NCBI RefSeq assembly: GCF_006345805.1
Contig: NC_042998.1
Span: 143,096,001 to 143,160,000, forward strand
DNA from: Octopus sinensis
Lineage: Eukaryota
Reading direction: 5' to 3'
Length of the DNA stretch: 64,000 nucleotides
The notes under the pieces are model-generated. The model was not told the origin of the DNA and did no database searches. It saw only the letters and a program-made list of their open reading frames with translations. Below, in pieces: positions 12,064 through 25,011 of the stretch (position 1 is the first letter of the stretch; every line of letters starts with the position of its first letter). The position numbers and the translations under genes were made by a program.

Positions 12064-15000
12064 TGTCAGGGCTACCGGAAGGACAAAAAGACCATTCTAT
12101 GACACCCTATTGCGGACTACCTCGTTGACAAATGACAGTGGCCTTCTCTTCATGGCAGGTGATTTCAATGGACATGTTGGACGGCATGTCGGGGGCTTCC
12201 ATGGCGTTCATGGAGGCTACGGATTTGGCTCTCGTAATTAGGAGGGAACCAGGCTGCTGGAGTTCTGCAATGCAAATGATCTTATGGTCTGCAATACCAA
12301 CTTCAGGAAACCCACCTCTCACCTAGTCACCTACCGTTCTGGCAGACACACTAGCCAGATTGACTACATCCTTGCCAGAAAAAGGGAAAGAGGGCTGCTT
12401 ATAAATGCCAAAACCTTTCCAGGCGAAGAATGTACTCCTCAACATAGATTAGTAGTTAGCGACTTCAGGATCAGAGCTAAATGGTTGCCCAGAAGAAGAC
12501 CAGCCTGGAGGAGAAGGGCCTGGAAGCTTAAAGATCCTGCAAATGGACAGAGATTTAGAGACATACTACTCGAAGCCTTTGACGAAATAGAAGGGGATAT
12601 AGCTTCACTTAATGTGGAAGACAACTGGAGATTTCTATGGGACAATCTGCTGACAGCCACTGACCAGATCTGTGGATGGAGCAAAGTACCATCTCGACCC
12701 AGAGTAACGTGGTGGTGGAACACTGTGGTTGACAGGGCTATTAGACAAAAGAGACAGGCTTGGAAGGACTGGAAGAACGGTGGTAGCAGGGAATTGTATC
12801 AGACAGCCAGAAGGGAAGCTAGGAGACAGGTTTATTTAGCCAGAGGGGAAGCGGATAAGAAAAAATTTGCCAATGTTCTGAGCCGTGAGGATGAAAGACT
12901 TGAGGTATTTCGTGTTGCAAGACAGTGTGTGAGAGAGAATTGTGATGTGGTAGGAGAGAAATGTGTCCGCATGGATGATGGTTCACTTGCGCTAAATGAG
13001 GATGCAAAGAGAGAGGCTTAGAGATGTCACCATGAAAGGTTGCTGAATAAAGAAAATGAATGGGATAAAGAGAGTCTGCCGAATGTCAACCCAACAGAGG
13101 GACCAGCCATCCGAGTTGAAAATTCTTTGGTAGTTAAAGCAATTAGAAGCATGAAGACAGAGAAAGCCCCAAGCCCATCAGGAATTACTGCAGAGATGCT
13201 CAAAATATCTGGCAGTGTCAGCTATAACCTAGTCACCCGTATAGTCAACCAGGTGATACACGAAGGAGTCATACCCAATGACTGGTGTAGCAGCATACTA
13301 GTCAACTGCTACAAAGGTAAAGGTGACGCCCTAGATACAAATAATTACAGAGGTATCGAGCTGTTGGATCAGGTAATGAAGGTTACGGAGAGGGTCATAG
13401 CCCAACTAATTAGAGAGAGAGTTAGTTTAGATGAGATGCAGTTTGGGTTCGTGCCAGGGAAAAGTACCACTGATGCTATATTCTGGTAAGGCAGCTGCAG
13501 GAGAAATACCTAGCCAAAGATAAGCCCCTGTACCTGGCTTTCATTGACATGGAGAAAGCCTTTGACAGGGTCCCCCGATCCCTTATCTGGTGGTCAATGA
13601 GGAAACTAGGGATAGATGAATGGCTGGTGAGGGCTGTGCAAGCCATGTACAGAGATGCCGTAAGTAAGGTTAGGGTTGGCAACATGTACACAGAAGAATT
13701 CAAAGTAGAGGTTGGGGTTCACCAGGGTTCAGTCCTCAGCCCCCTCCTATTGTCCTCCAGGCAATTACGGAGGAATTCAAGACAGGTTGCCCCTGGGAGC
13801 TCCTCTATGCTGACGACCTTGCTCTAATTGCTGAGTCACTATCAGAACTGGAGGAGAAGTTCCAGGTGTGGAAGGAGGGTTTAGAATCGAGGGGCCTTAG
13901 AGTCAACCTAGCTAAAACCAAAGTACTAATAAGTAGGAAGGTAGACAATCCACAAATATCCTCAGGAAGATGGCCCTGCTCGATCTGTAGAAAAGGTGTA
14001 GGTAGAAACTCTATAAGATGTACCCAGTGTAAGCTATGGACACATAAGAGGTGCAGCAATGTCAAAGGTAGGCTAACTGGGAAGATAGTTTTTGTATGTG
14101 GCAGATGCTCGGGAGCATTAACCTCTGAAAATCTGCAGAAAACAACTTCCGTCACTTTCCAGGGGAAAAAACTAGAAGTAGTTGATAGCTTCCGTTATCT
14201 AGGTGACCAAGTCAGTAGTGGGGGTGGGTGCGTTGAAAGTGTAACTGCTAGAATAAGAATAGCCTGGGCAAAGTTTAGGGAGCTCTTACCTTTGCTGGTG
14301 ACTAAAGGCCTCTCGCTCAGAGTAAAAGGCAGACTGTATGATGCATGTGTACGAACAGTCATGCTACATGGCAGTGAAACATGGGCCATGACTGCTGAAG
14401 ACATGCGTAAGCTCGCGAGGAATGAAGCCAGTATGCTCCGATGGATGTGTAATGTCAGTGTACATACTCGACAGAGCGTTAGTACCTTGAGAGAAATGTT
14501 GTACCTAAGAAGCATCAGTTGTGGTGTGCAAGAAAGACGATTGCGCTGGTATGATCATGTGGCGAGAATGGATGAAGATAGGTGTGTGAAAAAGTGCCAA
14601 TCCCTAGCAGTTGAAGGAACTCGTGGAAGAGGTAGACCCAGGAAAACCTGGGACGAGGTGGTGAAGCACGACCTTCGAACTTTAGGCCTCACTGAGGAAA
14701 TGACCAGCGACCGAGACCTTTGGAAATATGCTGTACATGAGAAGACCAGGCAGGACAAGTGAGCCCAGCCCACTTATGCATGCCTTTCCTCCCTTGGACA
14801 CAAAGACCTGTTGAGGCAAGCGAAGTCGATATCGAACCTCATCCGACGACAGGCACCCATGCCAACCCCCTTTGCTTGCGAAGACATGTTGGGGCAAGTG
14901 AAATCGAAATTGAACCAATCTTATGACTGGCACCCGGCAGATGCCAGGACCCCTGGACTGGTGGTACGTAAAAAGCACTATCCGAATCGTGGCCGATGCC

Positions 15001-15279
15001 AGCGCCGCCTCAACTGGCTTCCGTGCCGGCGGCACGTAAAATGCACCAATCCGACCGTGGCCGTTGCCAGCTTCACCTGGCACCTGTGCGGGTGGCACGT
15101 AAAAAGCACCCACTACACTCGCCGAGTGGTTGGCGTTAGGAAGGGCATCCAGCTGTAGAAACATTGCCAGATAAGACTGGAGCCTGGTGCAGCCTTCTGG
15201 CTTCCCAGATCCCCGGTCGAACCGTCCAACCCATGCTAGCATGGAGAACGGACGTTAAACGATGATGATGATGATGATG
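12064..15279 (+). mobile_element. 5'-truncated RTE-clade LINE (APE endonuclease C-half, RT, PHD finger, 3'UTR, (GAT)n tail); inactivated
   Basis: APE motifs GDFNGHVG and SQIDYIL; RT motifs NYRGI.LL, QFGF, KAFD, GVHQGSVLSP and YADD at 13806-13817. ORF2 ends at 14762 and the tail is at 15261-15279. Premature TAGs at 12239 and 13019, frameshifts near 12100, 13480 and 13750. Candidate TSD ATGTCAG at 12063-12069 and 15277-15283. Confidence 0.97.
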
Positions 15280-15325
15280 TCAGTTGCCAGAAAGTCAAGT
15301 AAGACTTGGAAATAATGCTTTTTTT

Positions 15326-15331
15326 TTTATT
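15326..15331 (-). promoter_or_regulatory. candidate polyadenylation signal (AATAAA) of MRPS27
   Basis: TTTATT on + strand, ~60 nt downstream of the MRPS27 stop codon. Confidence 0.5.
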
Positions 15332-15390
15332 TGAAAAACTACTAGCAACAGATAATAAACTTCAACAGACAAATGAAAATGCCAAATATT

Positions 15391-15819
15391 TCATCGTTTC
15401 TTTTTCTTACTAGGCTCTTTGATCTTTTTAAATTGTTCATCATAATTAAGTTCATCTTCCAAGGATTTCTCCTTGGAAAGAGACGGACTAATTTGCCCCT
15501 GTTTCTTCTCGCCAATTAGAACAGCAAGTTGTAATTCATGTTTCCTTTCAAAAAATGTCAGGATTTCTTCTTTCTCTTGAATCTCGAGTAGTTTAGTTTC
15601 GATCTCTTTCCGTTTGGCTGCTCTTTGGTAAGCATCAATTTGTTCCTCTAACAAACGACTTCGTTCTTTGGTCCATAGAGAGAAGTTACTGACCTGTTGG
15701 TCAATATCTGCCTGTTCAAGGGCCGGTAACTCTGTGTTGACAATACTGTCTACTTCTTTTTCAAATTGATCGCAGTTTTCGACAACATAACCTCCAGCAG
15801 TGAGTTGTTCAAACAACGT
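15391..15819 (-). CDS. MRPS27: MRPS27 exon 10 (terminal; TLFEQLTAGG...EIQEKEEILTFFE...KKKKR*)
   Basis: cctgcag acceptor, 429 nt to TGA. Charged coiled-coil-like C-terminus. Total CDS 1488 nt = 495 aa plus stop. Confidence 0.88.
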   Translation of the reverse strand, partial: TLFEQLTAGGYVVENCDQFEKEVDSIVNTELPALEQADIDQQVSNFSLWTKERSRLLEEQIDAYQRAAKRKEIETKLLEIQEKEEILTFFERKHELQLAVLIGEKKQGQISPSLSKEKSLEDELNYDEQFKKIKEPSKKKKR

Positions 15820-16962
15820 CTGCAGGTAGAAATGAAAAGATGTTAACGTAGGGATGTAAATAATTTAATGAATAGGTGAAATATTTAACGAAATGAAATT
15901 AAAAATATCGAAGTCAATTAACGCTTTTGATAACAACCCACCACATAAAATCACTTGATACAGACTTCCAATTAATTTAAATTTAAAATCATCTAAATTA
16001 AAATCTTATCTCTAAATTCCATGTTAATTTATGTCTCAAACACCAGTTTTATAAAGGCAAAATTATTTACTGAAATAATTTTAATAATAAATTATTTATT
16101 ATTATTGTTATCAAAATTAATTGAAACAAGGGCAGTGTAGTTCAACAGAAATATGGAAACAAAAAGGTTTAAGTGATCTAAATTAAAAAACCGTCTATCA
16201 GCATTTCATAATTTATGTTCCAAATGCCATCTTTGTCATTTTCTTAATTCTTTGTTCTTTTCAATACAAAGCCAGAGTATTTCAGTTAACAAAAGGGTTT
16301 ATTCTTAAATCATCTGAGGTGCCAAATTTATATTTTTCGCTTTCAATAAACTTTAAGTGTTAAAGCAGTTGTTACTAATTTAATTTTAACCCTTTAACAT
16401 TAAGATTATTCCGTCAAATATAATGCTTATTTATTCACATTATTTTGAATTAATCATGCATTATCTCACAGCTTTGAGATGTCAACTATGTCATAGTTTA
16501 GTTTTAGAATGACATTATAGGATAAGTGGGAGAGGCTGTATTTGTCCAGTTTGAGTATTAAACAAGTAGAATATGGCTGGTTTAAAGGCTAATGGGTTAA
16601 ATATTTTCTCTTTGATTCCCTTAGTTGTAGAGTTAGTGGTATCACTTGTTTCAAGTGGACAAGTGATATTTCAAGCTAAAGATTAAATAAACCCAAGGTC
16701 AGCCATGAGCTCTATGACTCATCAGGTTTAATCCAGTTTCCATTGTGTAAGTGACTGAGATTACAACACTCTCTGCTGTATGGGATGTCATCCCAGTTAC
16801 TGCTAGAACTTATTACAGCTGTGTGGACTGGGCAATATGAAATTAAGTGTTTTGATCAAGAACACAAAACACCACTGGTCAGGGAATCAAAACTACAAAG
16901 TTAAATGCTTTTGAATAAATCCAAAGAGGGGGAAACAAAAACCTAAATAAATAAAACAAAAC

Positions 16963-17112
16963 CTTAAATTTGTCCAAATGAAGTTCCTTCTCTTCAGCTG
17001 ATAATCTTATTTCTTCCCTGCTGTCATGCTTTCGTAATAATCCAAGTTCTTTCTTGGCTAAATTTGGGTCCTTCACTTTGCAAAATTCCAAACACTCTTG
17101 AAATTTTTCTAA
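16963..17112 (-). CDS. MRPS27: MRPS27 exon 9 (LEKFQECLEFCKVKDPNLAKKELG...HLDKFK)
   Basis: aattctag acceptor, AAG|GTTTTG donor (weaker), 150 nt, phase 0->0. Overlaps ORF 16879..17091. Confidence 0.8.
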
Positions 17113-18370
17113 CTAGAATTGAAAAAGAATATGTAAGTTGGCAATTGAAACTCTAAGCATCTTATAAAACATCACAAAACTATAGACATTCAAAATATAT
17201 TACAAGATTCCACTGCTTTAATAGTAAAAAAACGGTAAATAAGTAGCAGAGTTGATATAAAAGTGGACAAATATATTGGTATGTCTTAACATTAGTTCTC
17301 ATTACTATGATCCATGGCCTGGGTACAACTTCAATCTGTATCCAGTATTGAAGCCCTGGTTTAGAACTTTCAGGATTTAGAGAAGTGTGGAACCACTTCT
17401 TAGCCACTAATATTTCCATGTCTATTCTGATCTGGAGTAGTAGCATCAGGGTTCCAGCTATGGATTAATTAGTATGTCACATAATTGCCTCTGGATGAAG
17501 GAGCCTCACAGACAACTAACACCCAATAGACCCAAGGCAAACGAGGCCCTTGAACTGCTCATCTAAGAGAAGGTAACTCCATAGAAATCCTGTATCCCAG
17601 TAACTGCTGGGCTCATGGAATTTGTTGCACCAGACTAATACAAGTTTAAGAGGACGAGAGATTAAGACTGGATCTGCACAAACCACACCCACTATAATAA
17701 AATTCATCATGCAGGCTGTGCAGCAAACCAAGACTAGCACCAATCTATGTAGCTATACCTTGTTGAACCCTCAATCATTGAAGCAACAAGTGAGTCCACC
17801 ACATGATCCAAAAGAAGGCATACTAATTATGTTTATTAACAATCAAAATAACAAAAACTTTATGAAGGCAATTTGTAACTATTGTTCATTTGTTTAACAT
17901 CTATTTTTTTCAATGCTAGCGTATATTTGATGGGATGTATTTGAGGCCGGGTTTTACAACTTGATGCTCTTCCTGTCACCAATACTTATCTTTTTTTTTT
18001 TTCAAGTAAGGAATTTATTTCACAGATCTCTTAAGGCACAGAGCAATTTGTCATAATGTCAACAAGTTTTTAAAAATTTTTTAGTCTTGAGTGAAGATAA
18101 TGCCCATGATCCTTTATAGATCCTCCAAGACTGGTAGAAAGAAGGGAGAGAAGTATTCTCAAACCAGAAATGTGGTCCAAATGCTTGCAACAGAGTGAAC
18201 TCAGCTAAAGAAACTCGATGTGCCAGGTGGTGGTGTTAAACCAAGTGATGATGGACTTTGAACTCAGAATACAAAAAGCTGGAACAAAGGCAGCAAAGCC
18301 TCCAGTCCAGAGTGTATGAGCTATGTGAGAACATCAAGTACTTGCAAGACAAGACTCACCCCGCCAGCTC

Positions 18371-18413
<43 letters not shown>

Positions 18414-18569
18414 CATGTGTGTGCATGCAAATTTATATACATATCTTTTATCTTTTACTTGCTTCAATCATTCTTCAAGGCGGTGCCTTGAAGAATTTTA
18501 GATGAACAAATCAACCCCAGGATATTTATTTAAGCTTAGTACTTATTCTATCAGTCTCTTTTGCTGAAC

Positions 18570-19862
18570 AGCGAGAGACCCTTTGTCACCAGTAGGGGTA
18601 GAAGCTTTCTAAACTTTTCTCAGGGTATTCTTATTCTAGTGGTGACACTCTCTGAGCATCCACCTCCACTACTAACTGAGTCACCTAGGTAGCAGAGGCT
18701 ATCAACTACTTCTAGTTTTTTCCCCTTGGAGTGTGATGGAATCTGTTTTCTGAGTATCTGTAACATCTATTGCCCCTGTGCATCTGCCACACCCGAAAGC
18801 TATCTTCTCGGTTAATTTTCCTTTGATGTTGCTGCACCCCTTATGCGTCCATAGATTACACTGGGTACATCTTATGGGGTTTCTACCTACACCTTTTCTA
18901 CAGATCGAGCAGGGCCACCTACCTGACAGGGTGTGTGATGAGTTTGCCTTCCTACTATAACTTTGGTCTTTGCTACATTGACTCTAAGGCGTTTTGATTC
19001 TAAACCTAGCTTCCACACCCGAAATTTCTTTTCTATTTCCGGTAGTGATTCTGCTATGAGGGCCAGGACATTAGTAAAGAGGCGATCCCAGGGGCAACCC
19101 GTCTTGAATTCCTCTGTTATTGTCTGGAGGACTATGATGAATAAAAGGGGACTGAGGGCTGAATCTTGGCGGAGCCCTACTTCTACCCGGAATTCTTCAC
19201 TATACTCATTGCCAATCCTAACTTCTCTGTATAGGGCCTGTACAGCCCTTATTAACAATTCGTAAATCTCCAGTTTCCGCATCGCCCACCAGATAAGGGA
19301 TAAGGGGACCCTGTCAAAGCCTTTCCCCAGGTCCACAAAAGCTAAGTAGAGGGGTTTATCTTTAGCTAGGTATTTCTCCTGCAGTTGTAGAACCAGGAAT
19401 ATGGCATCAGTGGTGCTTCTACCTGGCACAAAACTGAACTGCATCTCATCTAAGCAGACTCTCTCCCTAATGGGCTATGACCCTCTCCGTGACCTTCATC
19501 ACCTGATCCAGCAGTTTGATACCCCTGTAGTTATTTCTATCTAGAGCATCATCTTTACCCTTGTAGCAGTTGACTATGGTGCTGCTACGCCAGTCATTGG
19601 GTATGACTCCATCATGAACTACCTGGTTTACAATGCGGGTGACTAGGCCATAGCCCACATCACCAGATGTTTTAAGCATCTCAGCAGTGATTCCTGATGG
19701 GCCGGAGGCTTTTCCTGGCTTCATACCCTTAATTGCTTTATCTACTAGGGAGCTGTCTATTGGGATAGCTGGTCCCTCTACTGGGTCAACATTTGGCAGG
19801 CTCTCCTCTTCCCATTCATTCTCCACATTCAGCAGTCTTTCATAATGGCTTCTCCAAGCCTA
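18570..19862 (-). mobile_element. internal RTE LINE fragment (same clade as 12064-15279) in MRPS27 intron 8
   Basis: ORFs 19467..19826 and 18887..19444 closely match the RT region of the + strand copy and include the PHD finger. Both ends are missing and the catalytic YADD is degenerate. Confidence 0.95.
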
Positions 19863-20341
19863 TATATATAAATTTATATATATGTACAGAAGGGGTTATC
19901 CAAGGGTTAATCCAAGCAGTGTCCTCATGAAGCACATTTACAGTAATCAAATGTATGTATGCAAATGTTTTATTTTAAGCAAGGCATACAAAGCATTTGA
20001 ATATTCTTGTGCATTCTATTTGCAGAGTGATTATATATCAAAACATAGAGTTAAAAACATACCAAATAAATTTTTCCAGTCTTTTGTTTTGATATATATA
20101 TATGTGTGCATGTGTACAGATATACACACACACGTGTGTGTATATATCATCATCATTTAGCATCTGCTTTCCATACTAGCATGGGTTAAACGATTTGATT
20201 GGAACTGGTAAGCTGCATGAAGTTCCAGTCTGATTTGACATGGTTTCTATGGCTGGATGCCTTTCCTAATGCCAACTGATGATGATGATGATGATGATTA
20301 TGAGGGTACATGTATAACAATAAACAAAATTTCCAACTTAC

Positions 20342-20587
20342 GGCAGATTTATACAGACATGGCACCTTGGGACCAGCAAGCAGTTTCTCAAGAAATAACA
20401 GCCCTTTATTAAATTTTTCATATAGAGCAAATCCATATGTTTGTAAGGAACAGCTTAATAGGTTATGGTCAGACAATTCTTTACCAATCATTATCAGTGT
20501 TTTGCCCAATAGAAGCTGGGGTTCTGTGATATCAAAATGGTCATCATAGTAAGGCTTGTTCATGTATTTCACTTTTACCCAAATTTC
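20342..20587 (-). CDS. MRPS27: MRPS27 exon 8 (EIWVKVKYMNKPYYDDHFDITEPQLLLGKTL...LYKSA)
   Basis: attctag acceptor, GTAAGT donor, 246 nt, phase 0->0. PYYDDHFDI...L.GKTL motif typical of invertebrate mS27. Confidence 0.93.
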
Positions 20588-22055
20588 CTAGAATATATGA
20601 AATAATTGAATGGTTAGAATATAATGATGTTTAAGGTAAATTGGAAAAATATTTCAAAGGTGCGACTGTGTAATAAAAAGTTTGACTCCCATAAAAATGG
20701 TTCCAGGTTCAGTCCAGCTGCATGACACCTAGGGGTAAGTATCTTCTACTATAGCCTGGGGCTGATCAATGCCTTGGGAGTGGATTTGGTAGAAGGAAAC
20801 TGAAGCCTATTGTGTGGGTGTGTATGTGTGTGTGTACATACATATCAATCATCATCATCACCATTTAATGTTTGTTTTCCATGCAGACATGAGTTGGATG
20901 GTTTAAGAGTGCTGACAAGCCAGAGGGCTGTTCCAAGCTACTGTTGTCTGTTTTGGTGTGGTTTCTATGGCTTTGTAACACCAACCACTTAAAGTGTACC
21001 AGGTGCATGAGTGAGTGTTACTGTCTCCTTGTCTTGACATTACATGATAGTTGTAAATGGGCATCACCATCAAACAAGTGGTATTGTTTTCAGTCTGTCC
21101 ATGGAGAAATATTACCTTGCTTAGAAACAGGAAGAGCATCCAACCATAGTAAATTTGCCTCAACAAATTCCATCCAATCCATACAAGTATGGAAAAGTGA
21201 AAGTTAAAACGATGATCACATGTGCACACACACACACACTTATAGGCACAGCATAGCCAAAAGGTTAGGAAGTTCACTTTGCAAAGTCTTAGGTTCAAAC
21301 CCACCATGTGACATCTTGAGCAAATGTTATTTGCTATAGCCTTGGGTTGGCCCATACCTTGGGAATGAAATTAGGTAAACGGAAACTGTAGTGAATCCTA
21401 CTGAATGAATACACCTCAGATTCAAAGGCAGAGCATTGTTAGAAAGTCTGTTATGTTGATGTTGCTTGAGAATTATGTAAAGGGTACATGAATATGTGTC
21501 TGTGGAATACTCAGCCAATTACATCCTGACTGAACAAGTAATTCAGGTCATCAACCAACTGAATCCCCCATTGTCAAAACCAACATAGAAGCATCCAGAT
21601 AAATAAAGAAACACACACACACATACAGGTGTAGATGTGGCTGTGTGGCACCTTGGACAAGTGTCTTCTACTATAGCCCCAGGCCACCAAAGCCTTGTGA
21701 ATGGATTTGATAGATGGAAGCCTATCATATATAAATATGTATGTGTGCATGTGTGTTGACATCGTGCAATGGTTGTACATGAGCATGCAAATGCTATTGC
21801 TAATTTTTCTGTGAAAAATATATATAGTTACAGAAAGGCATTACCTTACTTGGAAACAGGTGAAGGTTGGTGACAGGAGGGGCATCTAGCTGTAGAAATT
21901 CCATCTGATCCATTCAAGCATGGAAAAATGGATGTGAAATAATGAAGATATATCAGTGTGTGTGAGTATACTTACAAACATGCACATACGTATATCATCA
22001 TCATCGTCATCATGTCCCAGTGTCTGCTTTGGCATGGTTTCTACACGTGGATACC

Positions 22056-22372
22056 ATGGCTCAGTGGTTAGAGCATCGGGCTCAAAATCATGAGGTAATG
22101 AGTTCAGTTCCTGGACCAGGATGTGTGTTTCGTTCTTGAGCAAGACAATTTATTTCATGTTGCTCCAGTTCACTCAGCTGTAGAAATGAGTTGTGATGTT
22201 ACTAGTGCCAAGCTGTATCATTCTTTGACTTTCCCTTGGTGGCACGGAGAGGGGAGGTTGGCATGCATGGGCAACTGCTAGTCTTCCCTAAACAACCTTG
22301 CCCAGACTTGTGTCACAGAGGGTAACTTTCTCGGTGCAATCCCATGGTCATTCATTTTTACCCTACCCTTCC
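22056..22372 (+). mobile_element. tRNA-derived SINE, third family
   Basis: TGGCTCAGTGGTTAGAGC A-box, GAGTTCAGTTCC B-box, central GTTCTTGAGCAAGACA...CTCCAGTTCACTCAGCTGTA domain. Diverged relatives near 6290-6480(-), 11725-11930, 16700-16900(-) and 33820-33960. Confidence 0.75.
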
Positions 22373-22733
22373 TAATGCCAACCACTTAATATGTGTTGAG
22401 TGCGTTTTTTAATGGCACGAGCTGCCTGCCAGACTATGTACCCTGAGAGAGGCAGATATATACGAGGAGATAAGGGGTTATGTACACACACAAACATACT
22501 TTATAATAATTTTAATGTCCACTTTTGCATGCTTGTATGCGTCAGACAACATTTGTTGAGACAAACTTTTATGACTGGATGCCCTTCCTGTCACCAGCCC
22601 TCACCTTTTTTCAAGCAAGGTAATAATTCTCTTTGACCAGACATGTTTTCATGGAAGATTGGAAAAGAAGGAAACCACCTGCATGATGGCGACACTTGTT
22701 TACAACTATCACCTGATGTCAAGGACAAGGAGC

Positions 22734-22779
<46 letters not shown>

Positions 22780-23208
22780 TTGGCTTTATTCAGTTTCTTT
22801 TCACAAAAACCACTCATACAGCTTTGGTCAGCCCACAGCTATAGTAGATGACACTTGCCTAATCCTTTAGCATTCAGATTATTCTGTCAAATGCAATGCT
22901 TATTTCTTCACATTGTTTTGAATTAATCATACACTAACTTATAACTTCAAGATTTCGATGTGTTTATTTTTAGAATGACATTATAGGGTAGGTATGAGAG
23001 GCCAGATCCAGCTAGTTTGAACACAAAACAGGTAAAATATTTGGGCTGGATATGGCTGGTTTAAACGCTGAAGGGTTAAAGTCCCACACAATGAAACTGA
23101 ACTAGAAACCATGTGGTTGGGAAGCAAACTTCTTAAACTACACAGCCCTAAATATACAGATACAGATATTCCTGCCAAAGAATTAAAAACAAACCACATA
23201 ATACATAC

Positions 23209-23372
23209 CTCAACTTCCACTTCAGCTTTTTCCTCTTGAACATCTTCGCAAGCCTTTGACTGTTTGGGTAAAGATAACAGAAACTTGACACATGAATAAA
23301 GGGACAACAAGAGAGTAGACCGATGGCTAAAATCTTCCTGAAGCATCATTTCATAGGCGATCTGAGCGGCAC
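23209..23372 (-). CDS. MRPS27: MRPS27 exon 7 (CAAQIAYEMMLQEDFSHRSTLLLSLYSCVKFLL...EVEVE)
   Basis: taacag acceptor, GTATGT donor, 164 nt, phase 1->0. M(L/M)QE.F....T.LLSLY motif. Overlaps ORF 22981..23349. Confidence 0.93.
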
Positions 23373-24932
23373 CTGTTATTTAAAAATCATACAGTGCAAT
23401 AATGATATAAGAATAAATAATAAATAGAAATGTCAATGTTATACTTTCGAATATGAAACAATCCTCCTCCTCCTCTTCTTTGCTTTAATATATGTTTCCA
23501 GAGTTGCATAAATGAGACAGAATTTATATTATGGCCAGATGCTCTTCCTGCTGCCAACCCTCATTTGTTTTCTAAGTAGGTTAATGTTTCTTCCTCAGTT
23601 GGGCAAGTGTCTTCTTATAGCCCCTGGTCAACGAAAGCCTTGTGAGTGGGTTTGGCCAATGGAAACTGAAGAAGCATGTCATATGTGCATGTGTATATTT
23701 GCCTGTGAGTGAGTTCAAATTTCCTCTTGGCTTCATGTGTGATTGCTATTTGTAAACAATGGCCTTACAGACAGTCATTCGCTTGCAGTCCACCATGAAA
23801 ACACATTCAGTCTTCTTAACATGTGACATGTAGCATAGTCTTTGTAAAAAAATGCTCATCCATACAGTTCCGTCTGTTTCCAGTTCTCTGCATAGAACAC
23901 GTTCAGCCTGTCTATTGTTTGATAGACTGGGAGATTATTATTACCCTGGTTGGAAACAGGTGTGAGTTGGCATTAAGAAGACTGTCTGGCCCAACATACT
24001 CTTGTCTGACCAATGCCAGTATGGAAAAGTAGATGTTAAAATGATGATAATGATCTCTCATGGACAGCAAATGTAGACAGGCATAAACTACAATAAACCC
24101 CTAAACATGGTACACAACCTCACTTTTCAACTTGTTGAAACGATGTTAATAGACAGGTTCACATAAGGCCTTATGTAGTGACTCTAGGCAAAGCACATGA
24201 CCCTGTTTACCTATCATACAACAAGTTCAAAGGTTGAATGTTTTGTAGTAGCTCTTCCCCACAACATATCTTCCTAACATCTCCTCCCACTATCTGTATC
24301 CACTAACTACATTCCCTCCCCCTCTACTTTCGCAATCTTGTAAACTTACCCACCTACCCATCCAGTACTATCCTTGGTTCCACTTCACTTGTATACACCT
24401 TCCTGTGACTTGAGTGTACACACCCCCTGTCATATCTTCATCATCTTCCCTCCTCTTTCTCTTCCCTACTGAGGTAGCCATGTATCTCCTTTACTGCAAG
24501 GCAACTATTTGTGTACCTCAATTGATACTCTAACCCCTCATTCCCTGGCACAAAACCACCTCCCTCAATACTACTCCCACCTCAGATGAGAAGTCTAGTC
24601 TTGGTGATCTCGTAAGTGATGGTGCCACATAAAAAATACCCAGTACACTTTATAAAGAAGTTGGAGTTAGGAAGGGCATCCAGCCATAGAAACCATTCCA
24701 AAACAGACAATAGAGCTAGGCAGAGTCTTCTGACCTGCCAGCTTCTGCCAAAACGTCCAAACATTGAATAACAGATGTTAAATGATGATCATGAACAATC
24801 AACTATGAAAACAACTCTTTGCTTCAACAACAGGCAGATAATCCAATTTGAAAAAACATTCCTTTTTGTTACAAGAGGATGTACAAAAATGAAAAAAATA
24901 AAGAAATAAATTTAAAAAAAAACAAAGCTTAC

Positions 24933-25011
24933 AGCCATATTTTCCAGTTTTAATGAAATGGTCCATAAGAATATTTGATGTGGGAAAATCAGGAAAGATT
25001 CCATATGCAAT
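24933..25011 (-). CDS. MRPS27: MRPS27 exon 6 (IAYGIFPDFPTSNILMDHFIKTGKYG)
   Basis: caacag acceptor, GTAAGC donor, 79 nt, phase 0->1. YGIFPD...N.LMD.FIK is the signature PPR segment of mS27. Confidence 0.95.

Noticed and set aside
14682-15242. 186-aa and 115-aa ORFs in the LINE 3' region
   Set aside because: GC-rich RTE 3'UTR with internal repeats; no recognisable domain, and the many tail copies do not keep the frame.
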